Notes: a model not told the origin generated them from the sequence alone. A stretch of 64,000 nucleotides of DNA from Trueperaceae bacterium (GCA_034520945.1 JAXHNB010000002.1:192001-256000), one strand, 5' to 3'. Positions 10,211 through 20,806 are shown, counted from the first letter of the stretch. Numbers and translations are program-made.

Positions 10211-10232
10211 GCCGTGCCCAGGTGGCGGGGGT

Positions 10233-11170
10233 TCAGCCGGCCGGCAGGCCGGCCTGCAGCAGCGCCACCACCACCGCCACCGTCAGCAGCGAGAGCGCGG
10301 TCGACACGATGACGGTGCCGGCGACCTCCTCGGCGTCGCCGCCGAACTCCAGCGCCAGCATGAAGGTGTTCACCGCCGGCGGCATCGCGCCCAGCAGCGT
10401 CAACACGGCCAGATCGAGACCACCCGCGCCCACCAGCCGGCCCGTGAGGTACGCGGCGCACGGGCCGACCAGCAGTTTCAGCCCCGATCCCATCAGGTGC
10501 ACGCCCGTCGGGGGGCGAAGGCCGCGGCGCTGCACCTGAAGGCCCAGCGTCAACAACACCAGGGGGATGGCGGCGTCCCCGAGCAGCTCGAGCCCGCGGG
10601 CCACGCCCGTGGGGACCGGCAGCGCCAAGAGGTTGAACGCCACGCCGAGCGCCGCGGCCCACAGGGGGGGAAGTCGGGCCACGCCGCGCAGCCGGCGGCC
10701 CAGATCCACCCCGCCGGGCGCGCCGTCGCCGTGGTGACGGGGCCCCGCCAACACCAGCGGGCCGATCGTGAACAGGGTCAGTACCGAGAACACGTACAGG
10801 ATCAGGGCGCGCTGCAGGCCCGCCTCGCCGAAGGCGAACAGCGTGATGGGCAACATCAGGTTGGCGGAGTTGCCGAACATGCTGGTCGCCACCAGCCCCG
10901 TCCGCTGGACGCGGGGAAGCGCAGCGTGGCGCCCCACGCCACGAGCGCCATGACCAGGAGGTACAGGGCGTTGGCGCCCACCAACAGCGCCACGTCGGCC
11001 AGGACCAGCGGCATGTCCAGCAACGAGGTGAACACCAACGCGGGAAGGGTGGCGTACAGCGCCACCCGGTTGATCGGCGTGGGGTCCGGCCTGAACGCCG
11101 CGCCGAGGAGCGCGCCCGTGAACACGACCAGGAAGGCCGGCAAAACGACGTCGAGAAGGGCCGGGATCAC
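10233..11170 (-). pseudogene. AEC family (membrane transport) permease, split by a 1-nt frameshift near 10913-10916
   Basis: N-half (10856-11170: NRVALYATLPALVF) and C-half (FGNSANLMLP...AIPLVLLTLG...AMPPAVN) are in different frames; the junction is a G4 run. Real lesion or sequencing error. Confidence 0.8.
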
Positions 11171-11179
11171 GGGGGCGTC

Positions 11180-11794
11180 CTACCCTTCGGCCCGCAGCGG
11201 CGCCGTCGCCAGGACGTGGTGCCTTGGCCCGTCGGGACGCAGTTCGCTGGCGAACACCGTCACCGCCTCGGCGCGGTCGGTGGGGCCGTGCCAGCCGTCC
11301 GGCAGGTGGACCGGGTGGCCCCGCCCCCGGAGGCGGCCGACGGTGAGGTGCGGCGTGAACGGCTTGTCGTCGCCCGTCAGCAGGCCCGCCTGGCGCAGGG
11401 CGGCGTCCAGATCGGCCTGGAGGCGACGGACCGGCGGGCCTCCTGGGCCGACGCCGATCCACAGCACCCGCGCCCGCCGGGGGGCGGGGAAGGCCCCGAA
11501 GCCGGCGGGGGCCCAGGCGAACGGCGTGTGGGCGGCCGCCACCTCGCGGACGATCTCGGTGGCGGCGCGCACCTCGGCGCGGTCCAGGCCGCCCAGGAAC
11601 GCCAGCGTCAGGTGGACGGTGGCGGGGTCGGCCCATCGCACGGGGGTGCGTTTCGTGCCTTCGGGGATCACGTCGGCGTGGGCGAGCCGGTCGATCGCCT
11701 CGTGCACCGCGGCGTGCTGGCGGGCGCTGGGACGCAGCGCCACGAAGGTGCGGGTGGTCTCGGCTCGCGTTCGGATCGGGCACGTCCGTACCAT
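11180..11794 (-). CDS. thpR: RNA 2',3'-cyclic phosphodiesterase (2H phosphoesterase)
   Basis: RTFVAL, HLTLAFLG, FTPHLTVGR 2H motifs; start approximate. Confidence 0.88.
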   Translation of the reverse strand: MVRTCPIRTRAETTRTFVALRPSARQHAAVHEAIDRLAHADVIPEGTKRTPVRWADPATVHLTLAFLGGLDRAEVRAATEIVREVAAAHTPFAWAPAGFGAFPAPRRARVLWIGVGPGGPPVRRLQADLDAALRQAGLLTGDDKPFTPHLTVGRLRGRGHPVHLPDGWHGPTDRAEAVTVFASELRPDGPRHHVLATAPLRAEG

Positions 11795-11974
11795 GGGACG
11801 TTCCACCGGCCCGGCGCAAGGGAACGCGCGACCGGTATGCTCGGGGCACGACCTCGCGGTGCGGACGCGCGGTGCCGCCTGCCGGCACCGCGCGGCTCGC
11901 CCGGATTTCATGGGATCGCCGTTGCGACGCCGGGCGCCGTAGCGGAGGATCGATTCGTGCTTGGAGGACGCGTG

Positions 11975-12352
11975 ATGCGTATTCGCTCCCGTTGGCTTTT
12001 ATCGTCGCTCGCCTCGTTGTTGCTCGCCGGCATGGCCGGCGCGGCCCCGCCGTGCGGCGTCCTCCTGGGGGGCTACCTGGAGGACCACGACGGCGAGGTG
12101 GTGCCGTGCCTGGTGGACCTTCAGGAGGACGCCCTCTGCTTCGGACTGGAGGACATGACGGTGAATACCGCCACGCGGACGTTGGACGCGCACCTGCAGG
12201 CGCAGGGCGTGCCGCGCCCGGTTTGGGACACCACCCCGGCCGGCAACGCCACGCGCGTGAACACGGAAAGCGGCGACCGGCTCGAGGTCGTCCTCGCCGC
12301 CGACGGCGCGTTCACGACCATGGGGACGTGCCGGATCGTCTACGAGCGTTGA
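11975..12352 (+). CDS. small secreted hypothetical protein with 4 Cys
   Basis: GGAGG RBS; signal-peptide-like N-terminus (MRIRSRWLLSSLASLLLAGMAGA); 125 aa. Confidence 0.7.
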   Translation: MRIRSRWLLSSLASLLLAGMAGAAPPCGVLLGGYLEDHDGEVVPCLVDLQEDALCFGLEDMTVNTATRTLDAHLQAQGVPRPVWDTTPAGNATRVNTESGDRLEVVLAADGAFTTMGTCRIVYER

Positions 12353-12359
12353 GGGGGCG

Positions 12360-15300
12360 TCAGCCGGCGTAGTGGTAGCCGCGCACCGCGATGGGCCCCT
12401 CGAGCCCCACCACCCGGTGGGCCCGCAGCGTCCAGGCGCGCCCGTCGCGGTGTAGGACGCCGTCCACCACCAGCATCCGCGCGTCGCGCAGGGTGCGCCA
12501 CTGGGCGTCCCACAGGTCGGGCGTGATCACCACCTGCACGCGGTCGGTGCCGTCCTCGATCACGAAGAAGGCGAACCCCTTGGCGGTCTGCGGTTTCTGG
12601 CGCGCCACGATCAGGCCGCCGAGGCGCACCTCGCCCTCCCGGGCCTGGGCCATGGGGGTGACGCCCAGGTCCAGGAGTTCGCGCCGCATCAGGTCGACCG
12701 GGTGGACGCCGGCCTCGTTCATGCCCTTCAGTTCGTAGTCCCAGACGATCCGTTCCGCCTGCGCCAGGGCCTCCAGCGGCGGGGTGGGCGGGGTGGTGGC
12801 GAACAGCGGGGTGCGGCCCGGCGGGGTGGTGTGGTGCAGCGCGCGGGCTTCGAACAGGCCGTCGCGGCGTGCCTGCAGGGCGTCGAAGGCGCCGGCCCGG
12901 GCGAGCGCCTCCAGCGCGCCTCCGTCCAGGGCCAGGCGGTGGTACAGGTCGCGCACGCCGCGGTAGGGGCCGCCCCGCGCGCGTTCCATCACGACCTGGC
13001 GGGCGTGCGCGTCGGAGACCCCCTTGACGGCGTGCAGCGGGGGGCGGATGCGGTCGCCTTCGGGGCCGCGCTCGACGCGGTAGGCGACGCCGGAGGCGTT
13101 CACGCACAGGGGCGCGACGTCGACGCCCCAGCGCCGTGCCTCCTGCCGCAGGGTGGAGAGGGGCCACATGCCGGGATGCTCGGTCATGACGGCGGCGAGG
13201 TAGGGGGCGGGGTGGTGGTGCCGCAGCCAGGCGCTGACGTAGGCGTGCAGCCCGAACGCCCAGGCGTGCGATTCGGCGAAGCCGTAGCCGCGGAAGGCGG
13301 CCATGGCGTCGAAGATCGCCTGCGCCTCCTCGGGCGTGCAGCCGCGCGTGCGCATCGCGCCCTCCACGAAGGCGTGGTGCCAGTCGCGGATCTCGGCCTC
13401 GTCCTCGAAGGTGGTGACCTTCTTGCGGAACCGCTCGGCGTCGCTCCAGCTCATGCCGGCGACGTGCACGGCGATGCGCATCAGGTCCTCCTGGAACAGG
13501 ATCACGCCGTAGCTCTTGGCCAGCACCGGCTCCAGCGAGGGGTGCAGGTAGGTGACCGGCTCGCGGCCGTTGCGGCGCGCCACGTAGGGGTGCACCGTGT
13601 CGGACTGGATGGGGCCGGGCCGGAACAGCGCCACCTGGTGCGCCAGGTCGGTCAGGGTGCGGGGCCGCAACTGGGTGGAGAGGCGCACCTGGCCGGGCGA
13701 CTCGATCTGGAACAGGCCCATGGTGTCGCCCTCGCGGATGCGGCGCCACACCTCGGGGTCGTGGGGCGGGTCGCGCACGTCCAGCCAGCGGCCTTCCAGG
13801 CGGTACACCTCCTCGCGGGTGCGTTCGAACACCCCCAGCATCCGCAGGCCCAGCAGGTCCAGCTTCACCAGCCCGAGGGCGGGCGCGTCGTCCTTGTCGA
13901 ACTGCAGCAGCTTGAGCCCGCCGCTGGAGCGTTCGATGGGGCTGTAGTGCGCCAGCGGTTCGCGGCTCAGCACCACCCCGCCGGCGTGGGGCGCGACGTG
14001 CCGCACGAAGCGCGGCTCCATGCTGCGCATCAGGCCCAGCAGCTGCGTCAGCACCGGCGCGTCGCCCAGCACCTCGCGGAAGGCGTCTTCCGCCTCACAG
14101 GCGTGGTGCGGGCGGCGGTGGCGGTGCTGGCGGCCGAGGGCCTTGCCCAGGGCGTCGCGCGTGTCCGGCGGGATGCCGAGCGCGCGGCCCAGGTCCTGCA
14201 CGGCGCTGGGGAGGTAGTAGGTGATGCGGTTGCACACCATCGCCTCGGTGCGGGCGCCGAAGCGGCGCTCGACCCAGGCCAGCACCTCGTCGCGGCGGCC
14301 GGAGGCGATGTCGACGTCGATGTCGGGCGGGCTGGTCTTGCCGCCGTGCAGGAACCGCTCGAACAGCAGGTCGTGCTCGATCGGGTCGGCCTGGGTGACG
14401 TCCAGCAGGTAGCACAGGATGCTGGCGGCGGCGGAGCCGCGCCCGCTGGCGACGATGCCGCGGGCGTGACAGTAGTCGGTGACCTCGGCGGTGGCGAGGA
14501 AGAACTCGGCGAACCCGAGCGCGCGGACGGTGGCGAGCTCCTCGTCCAGGCGGGCGCGGGCCTTCGCCAGCGCCTCGCCGCGGTAGCGGTCGCGCAGCGC
14601 GTCCCAGGCGCGGCGTTCCAGGTGTTCGTCGGCGGTGAGTCCTTCGGGCACCCGCGCCTTGGGGGGGATCAGCCGGTCGGGCAGCAGCGGCCAGCGGCAG
14701 GCCTCGGCCAGCGCCTCGGTGTTGGCCAGCACGTCGGGCAACGTCAGCGGGAGGTCCGGCAGCGGCGTGAGGTCGTGCAGGTCGGGGTGCGGCACGAACG
14801 CCGCGTCGTTCTGGGGGCGCTCCGGGTGCGGGTCGTCGACGGTGATGCCGAGGCGGGCGCACGTCAACGCGTCGTAGAGGGGGTGCAGCTCGCGGGTGGC
14901 GTACCGCACCTCGGGGGCGGCCACGGCCGGCAGCCGCCAGCGCTGGGCCAGGCGCCGCAACGCCCGGCCCCGCCGCCGGTCGCCGGGGTGCGCGCCGAAG
15001 TAGAGCTGCACCCAGAGGCGGTCTGGGAAGATCGCGCCCAGCCGCTCGAGCAGCCGCTCGAGATCGGAGAAGCGGCGGGCGGCCAGCAGGCGGCTGGGGA
15101 ACCCCGCGCGCCCGCCGGTGAGGGCGTGCAGGTCGGTGGCGTGCGCCTCGAGCATCGCGGGGGTGATCTCGCCGCCCTGCTGGTGCGCGATGGTGAGCAG
15201 CTCGTTCAGGGCGGCGTAGCCGTGGCGGGAGGCGCTCAGCAGCGGCAGCGGCCAGCAGCCGGCCTCGTCGCGGAGCCGCACGGTTGCGCCGATGAGGGCG

Positions 15301-15533
15301 TGCATGCCGCGGTGGCGGGCGGCGCGGTGCGCCTCGACCGCGCCGTACACGCCGTTCAGGTCGGTGAGGGCGAGGGCGTGGTAGCCCAGCTCGGCGGCCC
15401 GGTCGACCAGCCGCGTGGGGCTGCTGACGCCGTGCCCGAAACTGAAGTAGGACTGCACGTTCAGCAGATGGCGGAGGCGGCCCGGGGCGGAACGCCGGGT
15501 CGGCTCGGGCGCGCCTGGTGGGGCGGCGCGCAT
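12360..15533 (-). CDS. dnaE2: error-prone DNA polymerase III alpha (DnaE2)
   Basis: PHP domain (SYFSF, ALTDLNG), GRGSAAAS, PPDIDVD, KLDLLGL, FQIES, YGFAESHA, OB fold; TGATG coupling to upstream gene. Confidence 0.93.
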   Translation of the reverse strand: MRAAPPGAPEPTRRSAPGRLRHLLNVQSYFSFGHGVSSPTRLVDRAAELGYHALALTDLNGVYGAVEAHRAARHRGMHALIGATVRLRDEAGCWPLPLLSASRHGYAALNELLTIAHQQGGEITPAMLEAHATDLHALTGGRAGFPSRLLAARRFSDLERLLERLGAIFPDRLWVQLYFGAHPGDRRRGRALRRLAQRWRLPAVAAPEVRYATRELHPLYDALTCARLGITVDDPHPERPQNDAAFVPHPDLHDLTPLPDLPLTLPDVLANTEALAEACRWPLLPDRLIPPKARVPEGLTADEHLERRAWDALRDRYRGEALAKARARLDEELATVRALGFAEFFLATAEVTDYCHARGIVASGRGSAAASILCYLLDVTQADPIEHDLLFERFLHGGKTSPPDIDVDIASGRRDEVLAWVERRFGARTEAMVCNRITYYLPSAVQDLGRALGIPPDTRDALGKALGRQHRHRRPHHACEAEDAFREVLGDAPVLTQLLGLMRSMEPRFVRHVAPHAGGVVLSREPLAHYSPIERSSGGLKLLQFDKDDAPALGLVKLDLLGLRMLGVFERTREEVYRLEGRWLDVRDPPHDPEVWRRIREGDTMGLFQIESPGQVRLSTQLRPRTLTDLAHQVALFRPGPIQSDTVHPYVARRNGREPVTYLHPSLEPVLAKSYGVILFQEDLMRIAVHVAGMSWSDAERFRKKVTTFEDEAEIRDWHHAFVEGAMRTRGCTPEEAQAIFDAMAAFRGYGFAESHAWAFGLHAYVSAWLRHHHPAPYLAAVMTEHPGMWPLSTLRQEARRWGVDVAPLCVNASGVAYRVERGPEGDRIRPPLHAVKGVSDAHARQVVMERARGGPYRGVRDLYHRLALDGGALEALARAGAFDALQARRDGLFEARALHHTTPPGRTPLFATTPPTPPLEALAQAERIVWDYELKGMNEAGVHPVDLMRRELLDLGVTPMAQAREGEVRLGGLIVARQKPQTAKGFAFFVIEDGTDRVQVVITPDLWDAQWRTLRDARMLVVDGVLHRDGRAWTLRAHRVVGLEGPIAVRGYHYAG

Positions 15534-15751
15534 CAGTCGAGGATCCGTTCCAGGCGCCAGTGGCCGTCCTGCACGAACACTTCGGCGACGAGGTCCCCGT
15601 CGAGGTCCAGCAGGTAGTGGTCGCTGGGCGTTTCGCGTCGCCACCAGCGGTTGCCGACCCGCCAGGCGTCCAGCACGCCCCGCACCGCGCGGGGTCGGCC
15701 GTCCTCCAGCGCGACCCGGTGGGGGAGGCCGTCACGGAGCGCGACGCGCAT
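15533..15751 (-). CDS. DUF6504-like small protein of mutagenesis cassettes (resembles the ImuB C-terminal region)
   Basis: 72 aa, VLDAWRVGNRWW...DHYLL...WRLERILD; sits between imuY and dnaE2. Confidence 0.8.
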   Translation of the reverse strand: MRVALRDGLPHRVALEDGRPRAVRGVLDAWRVGNRWWRRETPSDHYLLDLDGDLVAEVFVQDGHWRLERILD

Positions 15752-17135
15752 GGGGAACTGCCGTGGCGGGGGTGGGTGCGCGGGGGGGCGCGGGCGCCGG
15801 GACGGGCGCGGGCCACGGCACGGGGGCGTCGGTGGCGGCATCCCGCAGCGCCCAGCGGAGGCGTGGGCGCAGCGCGTCGGGGTCGTGCAGGACGAAGCGG
15901 CGCGCTTGGCCGGGGAAGCGGGCGTGGACGGCGCGGGCGGCCTCGGCCCGGCGGCGGCGCTGGGGCCAGAGCTCGCCCGGCTGGTTGCGGTGGGCCAGGC
16001 CGGACAGCTCGATCTGCACGGCGTCGACGCCGAGCGGCACCAGCTGCGTATCGTGCAGCGCGAGCCGCGCCAGCCCCAGCAACCGCCGCTCCTCACGCAG
16101 CGGTTGCTTGGCGCGGCGGGTGGCGTCGCTGTGCAGCCCCGCCGCGGTGGCGGTGACGCGGACCCGTTCGGCGCTGCGTTCGCCCAGCGCGTCTGCGGCG
16201 CGTTGGACCAGCCGCGCCAGGATCGGGTCGAGTTCGCGCGGTTCGCGGGCGGCCTCCTCGAACGCGTGCCCGGCGGTGATCACGGGGGGCGGGCGGCGGG
16301 GCGGCACCCGGTCGGTGCGGGGGCCGTGCAGCACCGGTTCCAGGGTGCGGCCGTCCTCGCCGAGGAAGGCCCGCAGCTGGGCCGGCCGCCAGCGCCGCAG
16401 GGCGCCGATGGTGTCGACGCCGAGCCAGGCCAGCCGCGCACGCTCGGCGGGGGAGAGGCCGACGCCGCCCAGCAGGTAGAGGGGCGCCGCGTCGAGACGG
16501 TCCCAGGGATCCTCCCCCCTCGGGAGGATCGCGGTGCGGCCGGGCGGGCTCAGGTAGGACGAAAGGTGGGCCTCTTCGACCGTGTCGGCGCCGCCGACCC
16601 GCGCGCCGGTCCGTTCGGCGAAGGCGGCGGCGTCGTGCGCGTCCCCTTCGAAGGCGACCACGCCGCTGCGGATCGCCACCACCCGGGGAGAGACGGCGTG
16701 CATGCCGTCCAGGAAGGCCTCCCAGGCGGCGTCGACCTCGGGGCCGGCGGCGGGCAGGACGCGCAGGGCGGGCAGGCGTTGCCGCGCGCCGGCCAGCGTC
16801 ATGCCCTCGCGTACGCCGGCGGCGCGGGCGGCCGCGTCGGCGTGCGCGACGGTGCGCCCGTCCTCGCTGCAGGCGAGGGGGGCGGGCCCCGTGCCGTCCG
16901 GGACGGGAGGGCCGCTCGCCGCTGTGCCGGGCGCCGTGTTGGGCGCTGCGGCAGGTGCGAGCTCGAGCGCGGCGTCGAGCCGCCCCCAGCGGTGGGCCCA
17001 CAGCGCGAACGGTTCGACGCTGGCGACGAGGACGCGCAGCGGGGCGGGGCGCGGGGTGGGCGCGCGGTCCGCGGGGACCGGTCCGGGCCCGTCCTGGACG
17101 CGGCGCGCGCCGGGGTTCGTGGTACGATGCGACAT
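15732..17135 (-). CDS. Y-family polymerase-like accessory protein (ImuY/ImuB-like, probably catalytically inactive)
   Basis: AARAAGVREGMTL, SPRV, LGGVGL...LAWLGVDTIGAL (HhH); no recognisable D/DE catalytic motifs; upstream of dnaE2. Confidence 0.8.
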   Translation of the reverse strand: MSHRTTNPGARRVQDGPGPVPADRAPTPRPAPLRVLVASVEPFALWAHRWGRLDAALELAPAAAPNTAPGTAASGPPVPDGTGPAPLACSEDGRTVAHADAAARAAGVREGMTLAGARQRLPALRVLPAAGPEVDAAWEAFLDGMHAVSPRVVAIRSGVVAFEGDAHDAAAFAERTGARVGGADTVEEAHLSSYLSPPGRTAILPRGEDPWDRLDAAPLYLLGGVGLSPAERARLAWLGVDTIGALRRWRPAQLRAFLGEDGRTLEPVLHGPRTDRVPPRRPPPVITAGHAFEEAAREPRELDPILARLVQRAADALGERSAERVRVTATAAGLHSDATRRAKQPLREERRLLGLARLALHDTQLVPLGVDAVQIELSGLAHRNQPGELWPQRRRRAEAARAVHARFPGQARRFVLHDPDALRPRLRWALRDAATDAPVPWPAPVPAPAPPRAPTPATAVPHARRAP

Positions 17136-17287
17136 CGCCGGGCACGACCTTTCGTGTCGGGACGATTCGTTCGGACGTACCGTCGGGCCGCCACAGCCAT
17201 CGGTACGTCCGAATCCGTTTCGGACGGGTGCGAGCTCAGCGCGCCGGGGGCGGCGCGCGCAGCGGAGTGCCTGCGTTCATGCCTGCG

Positions 17288-17311
17288 AGCATACCTCAAA
17301 AACTAAGGTAT
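17288..17311 (-). promoter_or_regulatory. -10 box (TATGCT) of imuY cassette overlapped by ATACCT-N9-AGGTAT inverted repeat
   Basis: AT-rich island in GC-rich DNA; TATGCT on minus strand at 17288-17293; IR arms at 17291-17296 and 17306-17311. Confidence 0.55.
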
Positions 17312-17368
17312 AGGGAAGGGGGGCGACGGCCTCCCGCGCATCCCCCACCCGCTGCGCGCGGCCCCTGC

Positions 17369-18820
<1,452 letters not shown>

Positions 18821-19054
18821 TCAGGCCTTGCCGATGCGAACCCGCCAGATCTCGGGGCCCGCCTCGAGGTACGTCCATGCCAGCTGGCCCGGGCGTTCCG
18901 CCTGGAACTGGTAGTAGAGCGGTTTGGGGTCGTGGTCGTTCACCAGCTCGTACGATTCGCCGGGTGCCAGCGCGTCGAAGCGCTCGAACAGCAGCGGGTG
19001 CCGCTCGCGCGGCGGGATGGGGCGGACGTCGATGGTGTTCGGGTCGTCGGACAT
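18821..19054 (-). CDS. DUF2249 domain protein
   Basis: IDVRPIPPRERHP...FDAL...GESYELVNDHDPKPLYYQF...GPEIWRVRI; GGAGG RBS. Confidence 0.88.
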   Translation of the reverse strand: MSDDPNTIDVRPIPPRERHPLLFERFDALAPGESYELVNDHDPKPLYYQFQAERPGQLAWTYLEAGPEIWRVRIGKA

Positions 19055-19079
19055 GGGATCCTCCGGGAACGGACGGGCC

Positions 19080-19409
19080 TCAGCCAGGGGAGCCCGTCAG
19101 GGAACGTACGCCGAGCACGGTGAAGGTGCCGGCGCCGGCAACGAGTGCCTTGGTCTGGCCCGTGGCGACGTGGACCACGTCGCCGGTGTGGACGGCGTGC
19201 CGCACCTCGCCCTCCTCGATGCGCCCCTCGCCCTCCAGGACCACGAACGTGGTGGCGTTGGCGTCGCCCTCGGGCGCCCGGAGTTCCTGTCCCGCCTGGA
19301 GGCACAACAGCATCACCGCCTGCGTGTCGCCCACGTGGAGCGCCTGCGGGTAGGGTCCGGCCTCCAGGAACGCGCGCCGGTCCAACGCGTGCATCAGCGG
19401 CACGGGCAC
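19080..19409 (-). CDS. cupin domain protein
   Basis: LCLQAGQEL...FVVLEGEG...GDVVHV beta-barrel pattern; metal-binding His appear absent. Confidence 0.75.
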   Translation of the reverse strand: MPVPLMHALDRRAFLEAGPYPQALHVGDTQAVMLLCLQAGQELRAPEGDANATTFVVLEGEGRIEEGEVRHAVHTGDVVHVATGQTKALVAGAGTFTVLGVRSLTGSPG

Positions 19410-19633
19410 ACCGTCCGAAGCTCCGCGTACAGCGAGGCGGCCTCCGCCTCGCTCAGGCCGCGCAGGCGCACGGCCTGCGCCAGCGTGATCGTCGGGGCCA
19501 GCGCGCGGCGCATGGCCGGGTTCGCCAGCGGCGTGAAGCCGTGCCGCACCAGGCAGGGCAGCACCTCCGGCGCCTCGGCCAGCAGGGCCGAGACGCGCAT
19601 CTCTGCGAGCGGGCGAAGGGCAGCGTGCGTCAC
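19394..19633 (-). CDS. DUF1858 domain protein
   Basis: MRVSALLAEAPEVLPCLVRHGFTPLANP...TITLAQAVRLRG; start inferred at GTG 19633. Confidence 0.7.
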   Translation of the reverse strand: MTHAALRPLAEMRVSALLAEAPEVLPCLVRHGFTPLANPAMRRALAPTITLAQAVRLRGLSEAEAASLYAELRTVCPCR

Positions 19634-19668
19634 GACGAGCAGCCTGCCGGCGGGCGGCCCTACGCGGC

Positions 19669-19684
19669 CATGACCCAGGTCATG
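19669..19684. promoter_or_regulatory. Crp/Fnr-type operator for the DUF1858-cupin-DUF2249 operon
   Basis: CATGAC-CCAG-GTCATG palindrome centred about 43 nt upstream of GTG 19633. Confidence 0.7.
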
Positions 19685-19823
19685 TGGCGGCAAGCGTACG
19701 GGCCCGGTCCGGTCACGGCCGAGCGAACGGGGACGCCGCCGGGCGCTCCGAGCCGACGCCCCCCGCGATCTCGTCCGCCAGCCGCTCGCACCACGCCTCG
19801 ATCCGGGCCTCGACCGCGTCGTG

Positions 19824-19841
19824 CCTTGACGTGCGTCATGG
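19824..19841. promoter_or_regulatory. Crp/Fnr-type operator upstream of the regulator gene (autoregulation)
   Basis: CCTTGAC-GTGC-GTCATGG centred about 40.5 nt upstream of leaderless ATG 19873; -10 TAGGCT at 19861-19866. Confidence 0.7.
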
Positions 19842-19872
19842 TCACGGGCGGGGGCGGCGGTAGGCTGCGGGC

Positions 19873-20631
19873 ATGGACGGGTCGCGGCCACGAACGGTGT
19901 CCAATGGGGGAGAGCACGCAGCGGGCGGGCACTGCTCGGCCCGGGTCCGGTTGGAGATGCTGGGTCGTGCGCCGCTGTTCGGCAGCCTGGACGAGGCGGC
20001 CTTGGGGCGCGTCAACGAACAGTGCCGCGCCGTGGCCTGCTCGCCCGGTGCGGTCGTCTACCGCGAGGGCGACCCCGCCGAGCGCCTGTACGTGGTGGCC
20101 ACCGGCGCCGTCAAGCTCGTGCGCCATGGCGCGGACGGGACACCCGTCCTGCACGACGTCGTCGCTCCGGGCGAGACGTTCGGGTCGCTCTACGCGCTCG
20201 GCGACGACCTGCTCACGCACGAGGCCGTCGCATTGCGCCCCGGTTGCCTGCTTCTGCTCACCGCCGATGCCTTCCACCACGTGATGCGCACGGAGCCCGG
20301 CGTGGCCGAGGCCGCGTTGCGGCTCACCGCGAACCGGCTGCGCGAGGCGCAGGGCACGGTGCAAGCGCTCAGCACGCTGCCGGTCGAGGGACGGCTGGCC
20401 GCGACGTTGCTGCGCCTGGCACGCAAGGTGGGCCAGGAGGACGGCGGTGGCATGCATCTCGGTGTCGCCCCGACGCAGGTGGACCTGGCGGCGATGACCG
20501 GCACCTCGCCCGAGAGCGTCAGCCGCGTGTTCGCACGTTGGCGGGCGCAGGGTTGGGTCGCCACGGGTCCGGGCGGTCCGGTGCTACGGGACCTGGAGGC
20601 CTTGGGCCGCATGGCGGAAGGCGTGGCCTAG
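19873..20631 (+). CDS. Crp/Fnr family transcriptional regulator (Flp/Dnr-like)
   Basis: cNMP domain (YREGDPAERLYVVATGAVKL, PGETFG), HTH TQVDLAAMTGTSPESVSR; N-terminal Cys (HCSARVR). Confidence 0.92.
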   Translation: MDGSRPRTVSNGGEHAAGGHCSARVRLEMLGRAPLFGSLDEAALGRVNEQCRAVACSPGAVVYREGDPAERLYVVATGAVKLVRHGADGTPVLHDVVAPGETFGSLYALGDDLLTHEAVALRPGCLLLLTADAFHHVMRTEPGVAEAALRLTANRLREAQGTVQALSTLPVEGRLAATLLRLARKVGQEDGGGMHLGVAPTQVDLAAMTGTSPESVSRVFARWRAQGWVATGPGGPVLRDLEALGRMAEGVA

Positions 20632-20776
20632 GCCGGCCTTCGGGCGGGCAACCAGGGCTTCGCACAGCGAGGATGTACGAGAAGTACGACATAACGAGTT
20701 GCTAGGGTTTCGTATACAGGTCGTGAACGGGTTCATTAGCCACGTTGGAGACGCAGGTACTGTGTGTTCAGGCGGG

Positions 20777-20806
20777 TTGACGTAAACGCGGTAATCCGCG
20801 TATACT
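20777..20806 (+). promoter_or_regulatory. near-consensus sigma70 promoter
   Basis: TTGACG (20777-20782), 18-nt spacer, TATACT (20801-20806); ACGCGG-TAAT-CCGCGT IR spans the spacer. Confidence 0.7.

Noticed and set aside
17136..17368. Deinococcal RDRM or classical SOS box upstream of imuY (also checked before uvrB/polA and at 20766-20785)
   Set aside because: No convincing 17-bp RDRM or LexA consensus by eye; only a half-site-like TTGACGTAA at 20777.
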